64,000 nt of DNA from Bilabrum cf. latius (Eukaryota). This document shows positions 36,601 through 48,486 of this stretch, one piece after another. Both the position numbers and the translations under genes were made by a program. The notes below the pieces were generated by a model. That model did not search any database. It was not told the DNA's origin and worked only from the letters and a program-made list of their open reading frames with translations. Every line of letters begins with the position of its first letter. Position 1 is the first letter of the stretch. The DNA lies in NCBI GenBank assembly GCA_965178125.1, contig OZ237744.1, positions 62,001-126,000 of the forward strand, written 5' to 3'.

Positions 36601-39600
36601 CTGCCGGAGATCCCCGGGGATGAACGTTCGCCGTCCGGAGTTGCTGCAGATACCGCTGGTGAGGACGAGTACGCTGATGACGGCTTTGAGCCGGAAAGTG
36701 GAGCTAACGCTTCCCCTGCACCGGGCAGTGGTGCTTCCGGGGCGGCAACTGCGGAGAAATCTCGTGCTGAAGGACGCCCCAAGCGCTCGCTCGCCGATGA
36801 CGAGCGCTGGGGAACGTTCGGTTCGCACGACGGGGGTTTCATCTCTCTCAGCTCCGTGCAGGCCATCGTCCAGCGCATCCTCGACGGCAGCCTCACTGAC
36901 TCTGGGCAAGAGGCTGGAGCTGCCGAAGAGAAGGGCGAAGGCAAGGCACAAGTCGGGGAGGATAAAGCGCAGGAAGAAGAGGAGCCGGGGCTGCAGGCGG
37001 CGGGAGAAGCCGGCGTGACGCAGGCATCGGAAGACGCCCTAGTGCTGTACCTGTGCATCCGAGCACTGTGCAACGTGTCAGGCTGCCCGGAAGGCACGGA
37101 GGCACTGCTGCAGCTGGGTGCCATGGGCACGATCTGCCACGTGTGGGACTGCCTTAGCGACGATTTGCGGTGTGCCCTCGCCGCGCACCTTTGCTACAAT
37201 TTGACGAGACTCAGGAGCGCCGCGCGAAAGGTGGCCGAAGAGGGCGGCGCATTGCTGTTGCGCGAGGTGGTGCATCACCTGGCGGGACACCTGCCCCCCA
37301 TGGCTGAAGAACCTGACGCTGCACCCGCGGCTGGCACAGCCCATGTAAACTCTCCATCGCAGTCTTCTGCCGCCCCTTCCTCTGCTGGGAGGGGACGCCG
37401 CGGCGACCCTCCGTCGAGCCAACCGACGGCAGCCGACAGGGTCGTCCTCAAGTCTGACCCTCTCCTGGCGCTCAGGGTCGCTCTCGCAGGCACTCCCTCC
37501 TACGACCCGGCCAGGAAGCTGGACCCAGCCCAGACGTTTTCTCTCCGGCGAGCGCTCCTGAGCTTGGCACGGCTGACGAGGGAACCCCAGGCGGCACAGC
37601 ACGTGGTGAGGACTGGGGGTGCCGCGGCTCTGGCGGCTGGTGCGATGCTGTTGTGCGCGTAGGCCGGGGTAGATGAGGACGCGGTGCTGCGGGAAGCCGG
37701 CGTGGTTGCCCTTGCGCCTGCAGGGCCTATGGGTGTGAAGCGCTCCACTGAGGACGACACGAAGGAGATCCTGAGCATCGCTGGCACAGCCGAGGGCAGG
37801 GCCGTCGGAGGGCTGGATTCGCTCGGGGCTCGTGTATCTGAGGGAGGCATCGCGGTGCTGAGTGCCATCCACGTGAGGCGCAAGGTCGCCGCGGCACTGT
37901 GTCGCCTGAGCTGGAGGCAGGACCGCGCCCTGGCCGCGGTGCAGTCTGCCTGTCTGGCACTCGGGCAGCTTTGCTCGCCGAGTCTGCGGGATCCGCCTAC
38001 GTGCAAGATTGCAGCGACGGCTCTGGCAAATATGCTGCGGCATCCAGGGGGTGCTGCCTTCGCCGTGGCCGACGGAGCCCTCGTGGCACTCGCTCTGTCT
38101 GCCACTGCGTCTACATCCCTGGATGGCTTCGAGCTGAGTGAGACCAACGAGGACGGTGTCGTGAGGGACAATCGGCTGTGGCTGCAGCTCTGCGCCAGGG
38201 AGCGCCCGCTGGTTGCCGTTTCGCTTTACAACGCGAGCTGCCACGCCAGCTCAAGGCGCATGATGCTCAAGCTGACTGACGATGACGCCGCGAGACAGAC
38301 ACAAATGTCGGCGGACGGGCGGAGGATCGTCATCTCGGGGGGTCTGAGCCAAGGCACGTCGCCTGCGGACGGGGCTGCTGCGCATGCGGAAGGGACGGCG
38401 AATGGCCCCAAGGAACCAGAGGTGGTTGGTGCGCCTGCCGTGCGGGCTTTGATTGCCCTTGGCGCGTTGGCCGGCCTGGTGATCGCTGAGGAGCGCAAGT
38501 GGAGGCACGAATCGCACGACGCCGCAGGGATGGCAGTGGAGGTGCGAGACGCGGACGAGGCACTGGATCGGATCAAGGTCCAGGCGGGCGGAGAGGAAGG
38601 TGGCCCTGAAGGAGGCTCGTCGAAGAAGCCGCAGCTTATGGAGATTCCCGAAGACGCGGCCGCTGCTGGCAGCAATGCGGGTGAGCTTGGAGCAGAGGCG
38701 ACTGGCCGCGAGACGATGGCGGTGGGCGTGATGTCCCACTGCCTTGCCGCCCTCAGGAATTTGTCCGCCGAACATGGATACGAGGCCCGCCTGGCAGGGC
38801 AGGGCGCGGTTGATCTGGTGCTGGCGGTGTTGTCGCCCGTGGAGGTGGCCAAACCCAAGCTAGTGGATCTTGCCCGCAGGATCGGAGCCTACAAGCTGAG
38901 CAGCCAGGACTAGGATGTTGTCACGGGCCGCGATTCTGGCGTGGCCCAGTCGAGCGACGCCTACTCGAGCGACGGTGACAGTGACACTGGAGTGTTTAAG
39001 GGGCTCGGCGTGTTCCCTCTTGAGTGCGTGTCTGATTCGATCGGATCGCTGGCTCGACTAGCTGATAGCCACGACGCCCGGCAGTTCCTCCCGCCCGAGC
39101 GCGTGATGCCGGTGCTGATCCCCATTGCCGCGGCATCGGACGATTCCGTGCTCCGGCTCGCCATGCACGGTTCAGAACTTGCGGCGCTCGCCGACTACGG
39201 CAAGGAGCAGACGAGGGTGAGAGAGGTTATCAAGGCGGCGAGGCGGTCGGCGAGACTGGTCAGCAGGTACGATCCGGCGGCAGGGCCCCTCCTCTTCATC
39301 CGAGATGCCTCCCTGCTTACAGAAGAACAGCGCAAGCAGCTGCTGGGGCGCAACGCGAACCTTCAGAAACTGCAGTCGCCCGGAGGTATCGTCAGCCGAC
39401 CGCCCACTTCCGACCGAGGCATGGGTGAATCCGACTCGACCGGCCGGAACACGCCTCAGAGCCAGGGGGGGGGAGGAGGCAGCTCCCCGCGCCCGCAGCC
39501 TCCCGTGGGTTCTCCTTCTTTCAACAGCGGTAGACCGGGCGGGCGATCCTTCGTGGCAGGGGGCTCCAAGGCAGGCATGCAGCGCCTGTCATCCCGGCCT

Positions 39601-42600
39601 GGGATGCGGAGCGGGATGGGCAGCTTTATGTCGACCGGGTCCAGCAGGCCGCCAAAGCCGATCGAGCCCGAGGACAACGCACAGACCATCGTGGTGGAGG
39701 GCGCGTACGGGGATGCTTTTCGCGAGGACGACCTGGATGACATGGACATCGAAGGGGGCAGCAGCGGCGCCATCCAGTCGCAAGCGAGCGGCCGGCAGGG
39801 CAAGAAAAAAGGCTTCTCGGTCGATGGCGCGACAGCCGCTCGCATCAAGGCGGATCGACGTCTGGGGGGCTCAGCTCGATCACAGTGCGCGCTGGCCTTG
39901 TCCGCGTTGGCCTGTGGCGATGTCGACGTTGTTGGGGAGCACGCTTCGGATGAGAACTCCACCTCTGGTGCAGCTGCCCAGGGGGGCGCCGCGCTGCTTC
40001 GACACTCGACTCCCGAACAGCGTGTGGCGATTCTGCGCGCTCTCATCGGTCTGTGCTCCTTCGGCACGGAGATCGGGCCGCCACAAGCCGCGGGAAAAGA
40101 CGCAAGCGACGCGATATCAGGCATGGAGGCGTTGCTGGATCGGCAGGACCACCAGGGTAGCGGCTCCGCTGCCAATGCAGTGCTAGCCGGCATTACCGGC
40201 GCGGCTAACCCCGCTGGGATCCGTCTGCGAGTGTCTGCCGCCCTGAGAGCCCTAGCAGCGCATGATCCCAACACAGCGAAGGAGCTGGTGTCCCTTGGGG
40301 CCGCTGATGTTGCAGTGGTGCTGTGCTCCAGCACGTCGGACGGAGTGAGGCGGAATGCAGTGGCAATCCTGGCGCACCTGACCGGGGCTCGGGAACAAGA
40401 GCAGGCGCTTATCGACGCCAAGGCTGTGCCCGCGCTGCTGGCCACGGGTTTGCTGCGGACCCACGATCCAGTGACCTAGAGCAGGTGCGTGCAGGCTCTG
40501 CACAACCTGCTTGCCTCACCCAGCTGCAGGGAGCAGGTGATGAAGCAGGGCGTCATTTGGGCCCTGCAGAAGCTCAGTTTGTCCTCCCATCCGCCTACAC
40601 AGCGTGCATGCGCCGTGACTCTCTACCGTCTCGCTTGCGATCCCGCGGCTCAGGGCGTCTTGGTGCGAGAGGGTGGTCTTCGCAGCGTGATTGAGGTGCT
40701 CTTCCAGAGCCACGCGTACGAGGCCGATGATGACGAGGCTGTTGGCAGCGGTGGTGCGTCGGGCGGCAACGCGGCTGCTCCTAGCCTCGTGCCAAAGGCC
40801 ACCGTCGCAGGGCCAGCGGACGACTCCAAGTCCACCGGTGGTGACTCTGCAGGCGGTGCATCCGTTACCGGAAAGGAGCCTCATGACGCAACCAAGCCCG
40901 ATCGCAGGGGTAGCGTGTCAAAGAAGAACGCCTCGGGCATGCGATCCGGAGTATCCAGGCGGCGGCGCGCGTCTGCAGCGCGTGGAATCGCAAAGGGTAG
41001 GAGGCGATCTATTGGAGGGGCACAGGTGAGTACTTTGCTCCCACCAATGTCCAGGCAAGGAGGGAGGCGACGCGGCAGCATCAGCGGGCGCAACCGGCGG
41101 GGCTCGTTCAGCAGCCGGAGGACGGGCAGCGCGGGGTCGGACCGCTCTCGTTCTGCGGATGGCGGGCGCGGCCACCACCACGAGAACGACAACCACATGC
41201 GCCTGGTGACTCGCAATGTAACCCAGGAGCAGCTCGGGTCTGATCTGTCAATTACGGCGGTGTTGGATGGCGCCCGACAGCACGGCAGGAAAGCTAGAGC
41301 CAAGGCAGCCGCTGGAATCGCGGACGAGATCGCACGAAGAAGGGGTCAGGCAGCCCGCGCTGGGCCTGGGCAGCGGGGTGGGCGGGCCTCCGGCCGTGAG
41401 CCCTCGCAGCAGCTGTCACCATTGGCTGCAAGCGCGGCTCGGAGGGGGTCTAACGATCCCGTCGTGGGGGCATTCTTCGCTGGCGTCCTCGCTGCGGTGA
41501 GCAAGCGGAAGGGGCACGAAGCAAAGCTGGTCGCCGAGGGAGCCGTTGAGGCTCTTGTGCTGCTCGCAAACGCCAGCCTGCGAGGCGAGGGTAAGAAAAA
41601 GAACAAGGTCCACGGCCGCGATTCCCCCGCGAAGGCCGCTGCAGGAACTGCTGGCAAACCAGAGGCCAGCACCTCTACCGATGATGACGTGGATGAGTCA
41701 GGCGGGGCTCCCGATGAAGCAAGGGACATCAGCCGACTGAGGCCTTCTTGTGCCCTGGGTCTCTTCAACCTAGCGTCAGCGCCCGATCCTGCCGTTCGCA
41801 GGCGCGTGATCGAGGGTGGGGCTCCCGCGGTATTTGCCCGGCTTGCGTCAGAGCACAACGAGGTTCCCAGGACAAGGCGGCTCTGCCTCCTTGGCCTGTG
41901 CCACCTGGCCTGGGGCGCGGCATCGGCGGATCGGAAGCGGGTGCTAGCAGCAGGTGCTGCGCAGGCGGCAGTGCTCATGGTTACGGGGCCGGCGGGTTAG
42001 GACACCGGGGCAGTCGCCACCGCCCCTGCTTCTGGCGCCGACGGAAACAGCGGGTTCGTCAGTGCCGCATCGGCGGAGCACTTCGTGGCAGCCACGCTGC
42101 TGCATGCACTGTCTTGCCACGCAGACACGTGGCCCCGGATGACTAGAGACGGTGCTGTGGAAGCCCTCGCTAAGCTCGTGGCAAGCGCAGAGTACTTTGA
42201 TGCACAGAGTGCCAGGGCGCACAGCAGAGATCTACAGGCAGCCGCCGCTGCATCAGGCGCGGCGGGTGTCGGGCCTGCGGGAGGGGCCGAAGAAGCGCAG
42301 CGCTCGGACACTGAAACCGCGCTCGCCTTGAATACCGCCTATATCGCGGCGGGTGCGCTGTCAAACCTCCTTCATCTGCCCGCAGCTGCTGCCAGGCTTC
42401 TGGGGTCCCCAAGCGGCGCCATTCATGCGTCTAGCAGTAGCAAGTCTGGCGTGGCAGCTGGCGCTGACGGCTTGCAGTCGTCTGAAGGCGCAGATGGTGT
42501 GCTGAAATCTCCCAAGCAGCACAAGCGCAGCAATCCTGTTCCGACACCGCTGCAGGAAGTCACGTCTGCCATGCGACATCTTCAAGAAGTCGCGTCCGAG

Positions 42601-45600
42601 CTGGCTTTGACCCTTGGTCAGCGCGTCGCTAGGAAGTTCCCGAGCTCCGCGTCGACCGGATCATGGGGTCAGGCCGCAACCCCACCGACCCCAAAGGAAG
42701 TTGCTCGCAGGATCCTCAGGGCGTTTCCTACACCCTCTGTGTACGCAGCCCTGGGAAGACTTGGCAGCGCTAGCGAAAGCAGTCGGCGGCTGCAGGCGTC
42801 ACCTGCCCTTGGTCGCAAGCGATCCACGGATGGAGTGGAAGGCGGCTCTGTCGAAGACGGCGTCAGCGCCGGTCCCCACGCCGACGCAGCTGATGCTTCA
42901 GCCGCGAAAAAGGGGGCAAGGGGGGTGCATTTTGGGCAAGGTGTGGCAGGGGTGCCCGAGCCCAGCGCCACTTCCTTAGCCAGCGAGCTGCTTCAGAGCC
43001 CCTCTGTCGGCCTGCACGAGCTGAGCAAGTCAGCTGCCTCAAGTGGCAGCGAGGGCAAGGACTCATCTCATCGTCGTGTCATCGCTCATGACGGCCTCGG
43101 CTTGCTCTCTCCCACTGGAGTCTCATCCGAGGTAAGCGCATTCGAGACGTGCCTGAGCACCATCGACGCAGCGCTTGCTTCGCTGAACCTGTGCGCCCTA
43201 CACAGCCGCGAGGCCGTGATGTCGCTGGCTGCACGCGAGCGCGCGAAGCGAGCCTCTGACGCTATGAAAAAGGTGAGCGAGCGAAGGAGGGGTAGGCAGG
43301 AGAGCGACGCGGATGAGTACGACGAGGACGAGGACGAGGACCTCCACGGGTCTCCAGGCGGTATCTACGACAGCGCGCACGCGCTTGCGGCCGGAAAAGG
43401 CGGGGTTGTGGATGCGCGCACGGCAGCCACGGCGAAAGCTGCCCTCGACAGGGAAGCTCTCCTGAAGGGTCTTGCATCGCTGTGCAAGGCCTAGGTGCCG
43501 CGACTGGCAGGAGCTGTCATCTCCGGAGTTGCGGGCGAAGCCATGCCACTTGCCGCACACGGCAGGGCTATCAGCCTCATGCGGCTGCTGGCCTCTACCA
43601 GGGGTGGTCGTGCTGCAGTGGCAGGGCAGAGGCATGGCGCGGCCGTCCGAGCAGCTGTGGTGCTAGCTGCGCGCTTGGTACGTCGCGAGCTGGTCGACGC
43701 AGCGAGGGACCAAGCAGCCGTCGCCGTTCGCGAGCACGTCCACAGTGGTGCCAGGAACGCATTTGGCCGGCTGAAGCGAGGCATTTCGTTCAGCAAAGGG
43801 CTTGAGAGCGCGCTCGCGGGGTCGCAGGGCAAGACGATGGATGGCACTGCTGGTCGCGCAGAGCCGGCGGCCGGGAGTCGATCTGGGGATGGGCCGGCGG
43901 GTGCTGGCACCCTAAGCATCCGCGCGGACAAGCGACTCAGCCGGGCCAAGAAGGAGGCGCTTCTGTCGTATTTGCAGCACGACGACGACGAAGGTATCGA
44001 GCTGCCCGCGGTCATGAATGAGCAGGACACCGAGGACATGCCGATGACGAGGCTGTCCGTCCGCGGACGGGGACTCTGGGGACTCGCAGCCCCTGTGGCC
44101 GAGGCGCCCATGCCCGTCGTGCCAAACGTCTCTGCCGCTGTGCACGGTGCGGCACTTCCATCAGGATCCGTGCCGCCGTCCGAAATAGCGGCTGCCCACG
44201 AGAAGCAGGCAAGCGTTTACAGGTAGCTGGCTGTTTTCGCCGCAGTTGACAACGAGATCGTGTCCGAAGTTGCGGATGCGCGAGTATGGAGCCGGGAGCA
44301 GGCCGCTGCGCTCCGATCCGAGATCGCCGCTGACGTCACGTTGCTGCTGTGCCAGCTGGCTCGCGACGAGGAGAGTAGGGCGAGTCTTGTGGTGGCTGGC
44401 ACTGCTGGGGCCTTGCTGAACCTGGTGGAGAGGAAGGGTTTCCCATCCGGCGTGGCGCAGTCGGCGCTTCGTGCGCTGTGCATGCTTGCAATCGACCGCG
44501 ACTCCACCATTGAGACTGCATCTGGAAGACAGGTGACCGCTGCTGCGCTTGCGGCTTCCGCCGCCGTGGATGATGAGGTGAGGCAGCAGGTCCGAGCCTT
44601 GGTGCGAAAGCGGCTGCGAGCGCTTCTGCGGCTGGGTGGAGTGGGTGAGGGCGAAGGTGACGGAGAGCGACCGCGCAGCTCGTCCTCTGGGCAGAAACCA
44701 GCTCAGGATAAAGGCAACAAGGAAGGCGGCGCAGTTTCTGGCGCTGCCAGCGACGAGCAAGCCAAGGCCCTGGAGCGGTCGCCGTCCGACCTCGCTGTCA
44801 TCTTCCAGGAAGCGCTGGAGGGAGACGCCAGCCGCGCAGCTGCGTCCTCGTCGGGACGACAGCGGCGCGACTCTGCCACCGGTGCTGGAGCCAGCAGCGG
44901 TGGCGCGCTCGAGACAAGCGGCGAAAACGTGGAGACTGGTGCCTCTGCAGATGGCCGGAGCTCCAGCCTGGTCGGTTCGCGGCCCTCCCTTCAGTCTGGC
45001 AAGGATGACGGCAAAGTTAGTAGCGGCGCGGTCGCGGCTCTGATCGCGGTCATGGGGGCCGGGGAGGGGCAGCTAGACGAGGCGTTCGAGGCTCACTTCC
45101 AGGCGGCGGTGGATGCTCCCGTGGTTGCAGAGCACGATGGCGTATCGAGCGAGACGGAGAAGCGCGTGGAGGACGGGGGTGGCAAGGGCGGGCGGAACGA
45201 GACCATGCCGAGGCTGGATGATCCATCTACTGGCAGTCTGCCCGCAGCCAGCAGAGTTTCGTTGCACGGAAGCACCTCCGTGCCTCAGATGCTAGGCGTT
45301 GTGGATGACCCCCTCGCTGTGGCGTGCCTGCCTGCCTGCTGGTGGAGATGCATGGATCCCGCCTCGTGGCTGTGGTCGCTGCCCAGCCCTGCCCTCTTGG
45401 CCAGGACAGAATCTCGGCTGGCTGGCCTCCCGTTCGTGCTGAACGGATACTGCCAGTTTTCGGGCTATTATACCATGCCAAAGAACGGGAAGGACTACTC
45501 GGCGAGCGTGGGCGTGCCCCTCGCGGCGTGCCCCCGGAGTCTTTTGAAGGCTGCGGCTGCTCTGGGCGCAGCTGCTGTGAGGCGCCGGGGGGCGTCCCTT

Positions 45601-48177
45601 CGGTCGCTGGGCCGACTGGTGGCGTACGCCCGCTAGGCATCCTTGAAGTAGCAGCAGCGCGCTTCCAAGGCAAAGAACGCGCTCGAGTCCCAGATGAGGG
45701 CTCGCAGCGACCTTCGCCCAAAGAAGTTCTCGCCGCTTGGACACGCCGATGTGCCGTGGGCCATCGTGCCCGCGCTGATTCGCCTGCCCGACAGCATGCC
45801 ACTCATGCAGGCCATTGAATCCTACCCTCCTCGTGCGGGTTCCACGGAGCGTGCTGCGCTCGCGTTTGGAGGCGGTGTCGATTTCAGGCACCACATCTGC
45901 GGGGAGGGGCACCAGATCCGCGACTCAGACGTGGGTTCAGGTGAGGTTTTGAGTTCGCGCCCGCCGCTGCGTCGGGACCTCTCTCGCTCTAGTGGTCTGG
46001 AAGAGGCTCATATGGTTAGTGCGGATGTCCCTTCTGGAGCCGATGGCTCGCACGCCGTGGACAGCTAGCACCTGATGCGATCTGCCATGGCCGAGGCAGA
46101 GGCTCTCCATCGGCGCCGATGGGATGCCGCGGAGGCCAAGCAATCGTCTCCCCGTGGTAGTGGCAAGTCGAGGGATGCAAGAGGCCATGGCAACAAGACC
46201 GCGAGCGGTGACAGTGACGCGAGCGACGATCGCGATGCTTCCGCAGGCGGTGCGTCGTCCGGTGGGATGAGCGAGATCAAACATGCCGTCAGGTACGGCT
46301 ACGCAACCACGGAGGCTGAGATTGTCGAAGCACAGCAGACTGCACCTGGCCTGCTTGTGGCGATGCTTGTCCCAGGGGTACTGCATGAGGGCGGTGCACC
46401 TGGGGCGGCTGCCGGCGCATCCGGCGGCCAAGACGCATCCGGTGGTGACACCAGCAACCCTCCTTACGGCAGGATGAAGCGGTCTCTCTCAGGGCGCTCT
46501 CTGACTGACGATCACACGGACGCGGAGAAAGCGGCCATGGTGGCAGATGCAGTGAAAGGAGTACCCGAGGCCGTGGGAGACGACGAAAAGGCTCCGTGGA
46601 GCAACAACACGGGCGCGACGACAGCCGTGAGTGATTTGCCGTAGGCTGCTGCTGACGGCTCAGATGGCACAACTCCCCCTGTGCGCGTGTCCAGTGGAGA
46701 CGCCTGGCCCAAGCTGCAGGTGACTGGCGACGGAAACGAGGACACGACAGGCTCCAGGGCGCCAGGCACCGAGGGACGCATCTTCAAGGCAGCCACCGCG
46801 GCGCCCGGTTCCGCTGGGGCGCCCGAGGGTGATTCGAGTGCGGTCGGTGGTGCCGCAGCAGCCAGCGGATCTCGTCGATCGTCGCTGCCTTTCGCTCCTG
46901 CTGCGGCTCGCGCCGCTGCAGCTGCAGTGCAGCGGGGGGCTGAAGACCCCATCCACGTGTTTGCCACGGCCCCTCCCGCACAGGGGTGGGCTGTCAGCAC
47001 GCAATCAGCAAAGAGATCAGCAGACAAACCCCCTCGTCGATCCAGAACGCAGCGGCTGGCGCTGTTAGCAATGGATGACACGGTCACTGCATCGCAGGAA
47101 GGCGACCTGCCGGGAGCATCCAGCGGTGTGCTGGCTGTGGGACCCACGCGTGGCGGTGCTTCACCAACTAGGCGCGCCGAGGCCGTATCGAGGACACCCA
47201 CAGATGCACTGGCCGCAATGGCGGAGCGCCGTGGGAGCATGGCTGGCGTTGGTCTGTCCGCGCACGAGTGGCCTGAGCTGCGTGCGATTGAAGGCATGGA
47301 TGATGAGGACGGAGCTCTGAGAGACGGGTGGGGCAGGCGGTACTCCTCCACGCTTGGAGGTGAGACCGAGCACGAGCATCAGGGTGGGAAGGGCGGCGAG
47401 GGTGGCGACTCGTCCAGCGGAAAATCACCCCGAGGCCGTGATGTGGACGGAGGAGCTCGCTGGGAGCTTGCCTTCCCTAGGACCTTTGAGCCAAGAGCGA
47501 TTTAGGGGCTGGTCCAGCGTCCGTACGAAGCGTTGGGCGAGATGCTGCGCGGGGCTTCCGGTGAGAACGCGAGCGCCGGCACGGATGGCTCTGGTGGTGG
47601 TGCCACGCTGCTGATGTCCCTGGTGCGGGCATCCCGCGATCGTCTTAGGAGAGAAAGGGGCGCAGAGGGGGCGGTGCTTAGGCTCCGTGCAGCCAAGGCC
47701 GCCCTGTCAGGTGCGGCTCCCGGTGGTTTGAGCGGTCGGAGCAGCCCTCGTGGCGGTGTTGGCATGGGGACCGGGCTAGGAGAGATGGATGCTCGGCCCG
47801 GTACGGCGCAGAGCTACCTGGGCGAGGCGGGTGAGGCTCGCCTGGCTGTGATGGAGGCGCTCGAGGAGATCGGCAGGGAGTTGGTCGCACGATCGCCGGC
47901 GCCGGGCATGCTGCAGGTGGTCGCAAACGTGCTGTTTTGCGCGAGCGAGGTGGCGGTGGCTGAGCTGGAGAGGCTCGGGCTGACCAAGGGAGAGTCCGGC
48001 GTTATCGACATGCACTCGGGGCAACTCGCGCTGAGCTCCGCCAACACGACCGCAATCGACAGCGCGGCGATGCCCCCGCGGGGCCTGTACGTCACCGTCA
48101 TCGAGCGGGCCAGCATACAGAGGGGCATGCTGGAGAAAGGGTCTCGACATGCCGGCGGCGGCACCACCATGGTGTGA
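33682..48177 (+). CDS. Giant armadillo (ARM)-repeat protein, ~4759 aa, two short 5' introns and a 13.9-kb terminal exon
   Basis: Exons 33682-33714, 33804-34155 and 34283-48177 (introns 33715-33803 and 34156-34282, phases compatible). Many ARM repeats (IAATLHNLSC..LVAEGGVQALLSLL, CIRALCNVS, CLAALRNLS, CVQALHNLL, CALGLFNLA). Thirteen listed ORFs lie in one frame; 15 TAG (34303, 34357, 34783, 35941, 37660, 38911, 40477, 41998, 43492, 44224, 45634, 45649, 46066, 46642, 47503) and no TAA/TGA until the TGA at 48175. Confidence 0.88.
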
Positions 48178-48486
48178 GGTACGAAAGAGCAGGCATATCT
48201 AGATTCCTGGCTTTTTCCTGTTAAATTGCGTTGAACGGAAACTCGTGACGAATTTTAAGATCAGAAGCACGGGAACCTGTCTGCTTGAAATTTTTGTGCA
48301 GATTGGCATGTTACCACGCTAACAGCCTAGCAGCGGCTGGACCCGCAGGGACGTCTTGGTTCAATGGGTCACAGCTGCATCAATCTTGAAAATGCAGGAC
48401 ATCCGGGATGCAGCACCGTCAGGTTGGACCCTCCTGTTGATCGCCAGGTGACAGAATCTAGCAGAGCTAAACTTGCAAGTAAAAAG

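Noticed and set aside
34777-47351. Long antisense and alternate-frame ORFs (e.g. 34777-36189, 37078-38244, 39456-40445; also 14226-15026 and 29334-30242)
   Set aside because: Shadow ORFs expected from high GC and codon bias on the opposite coding strand; no recognisable motifs.
34283-48177. Tiny introns ending in TAG that would remove the stops
   Set aside because: No consistent GT donor precedes the TAGs, conserved repeats run straight through them, and real introns here are 84-329 nt and end in CAG.
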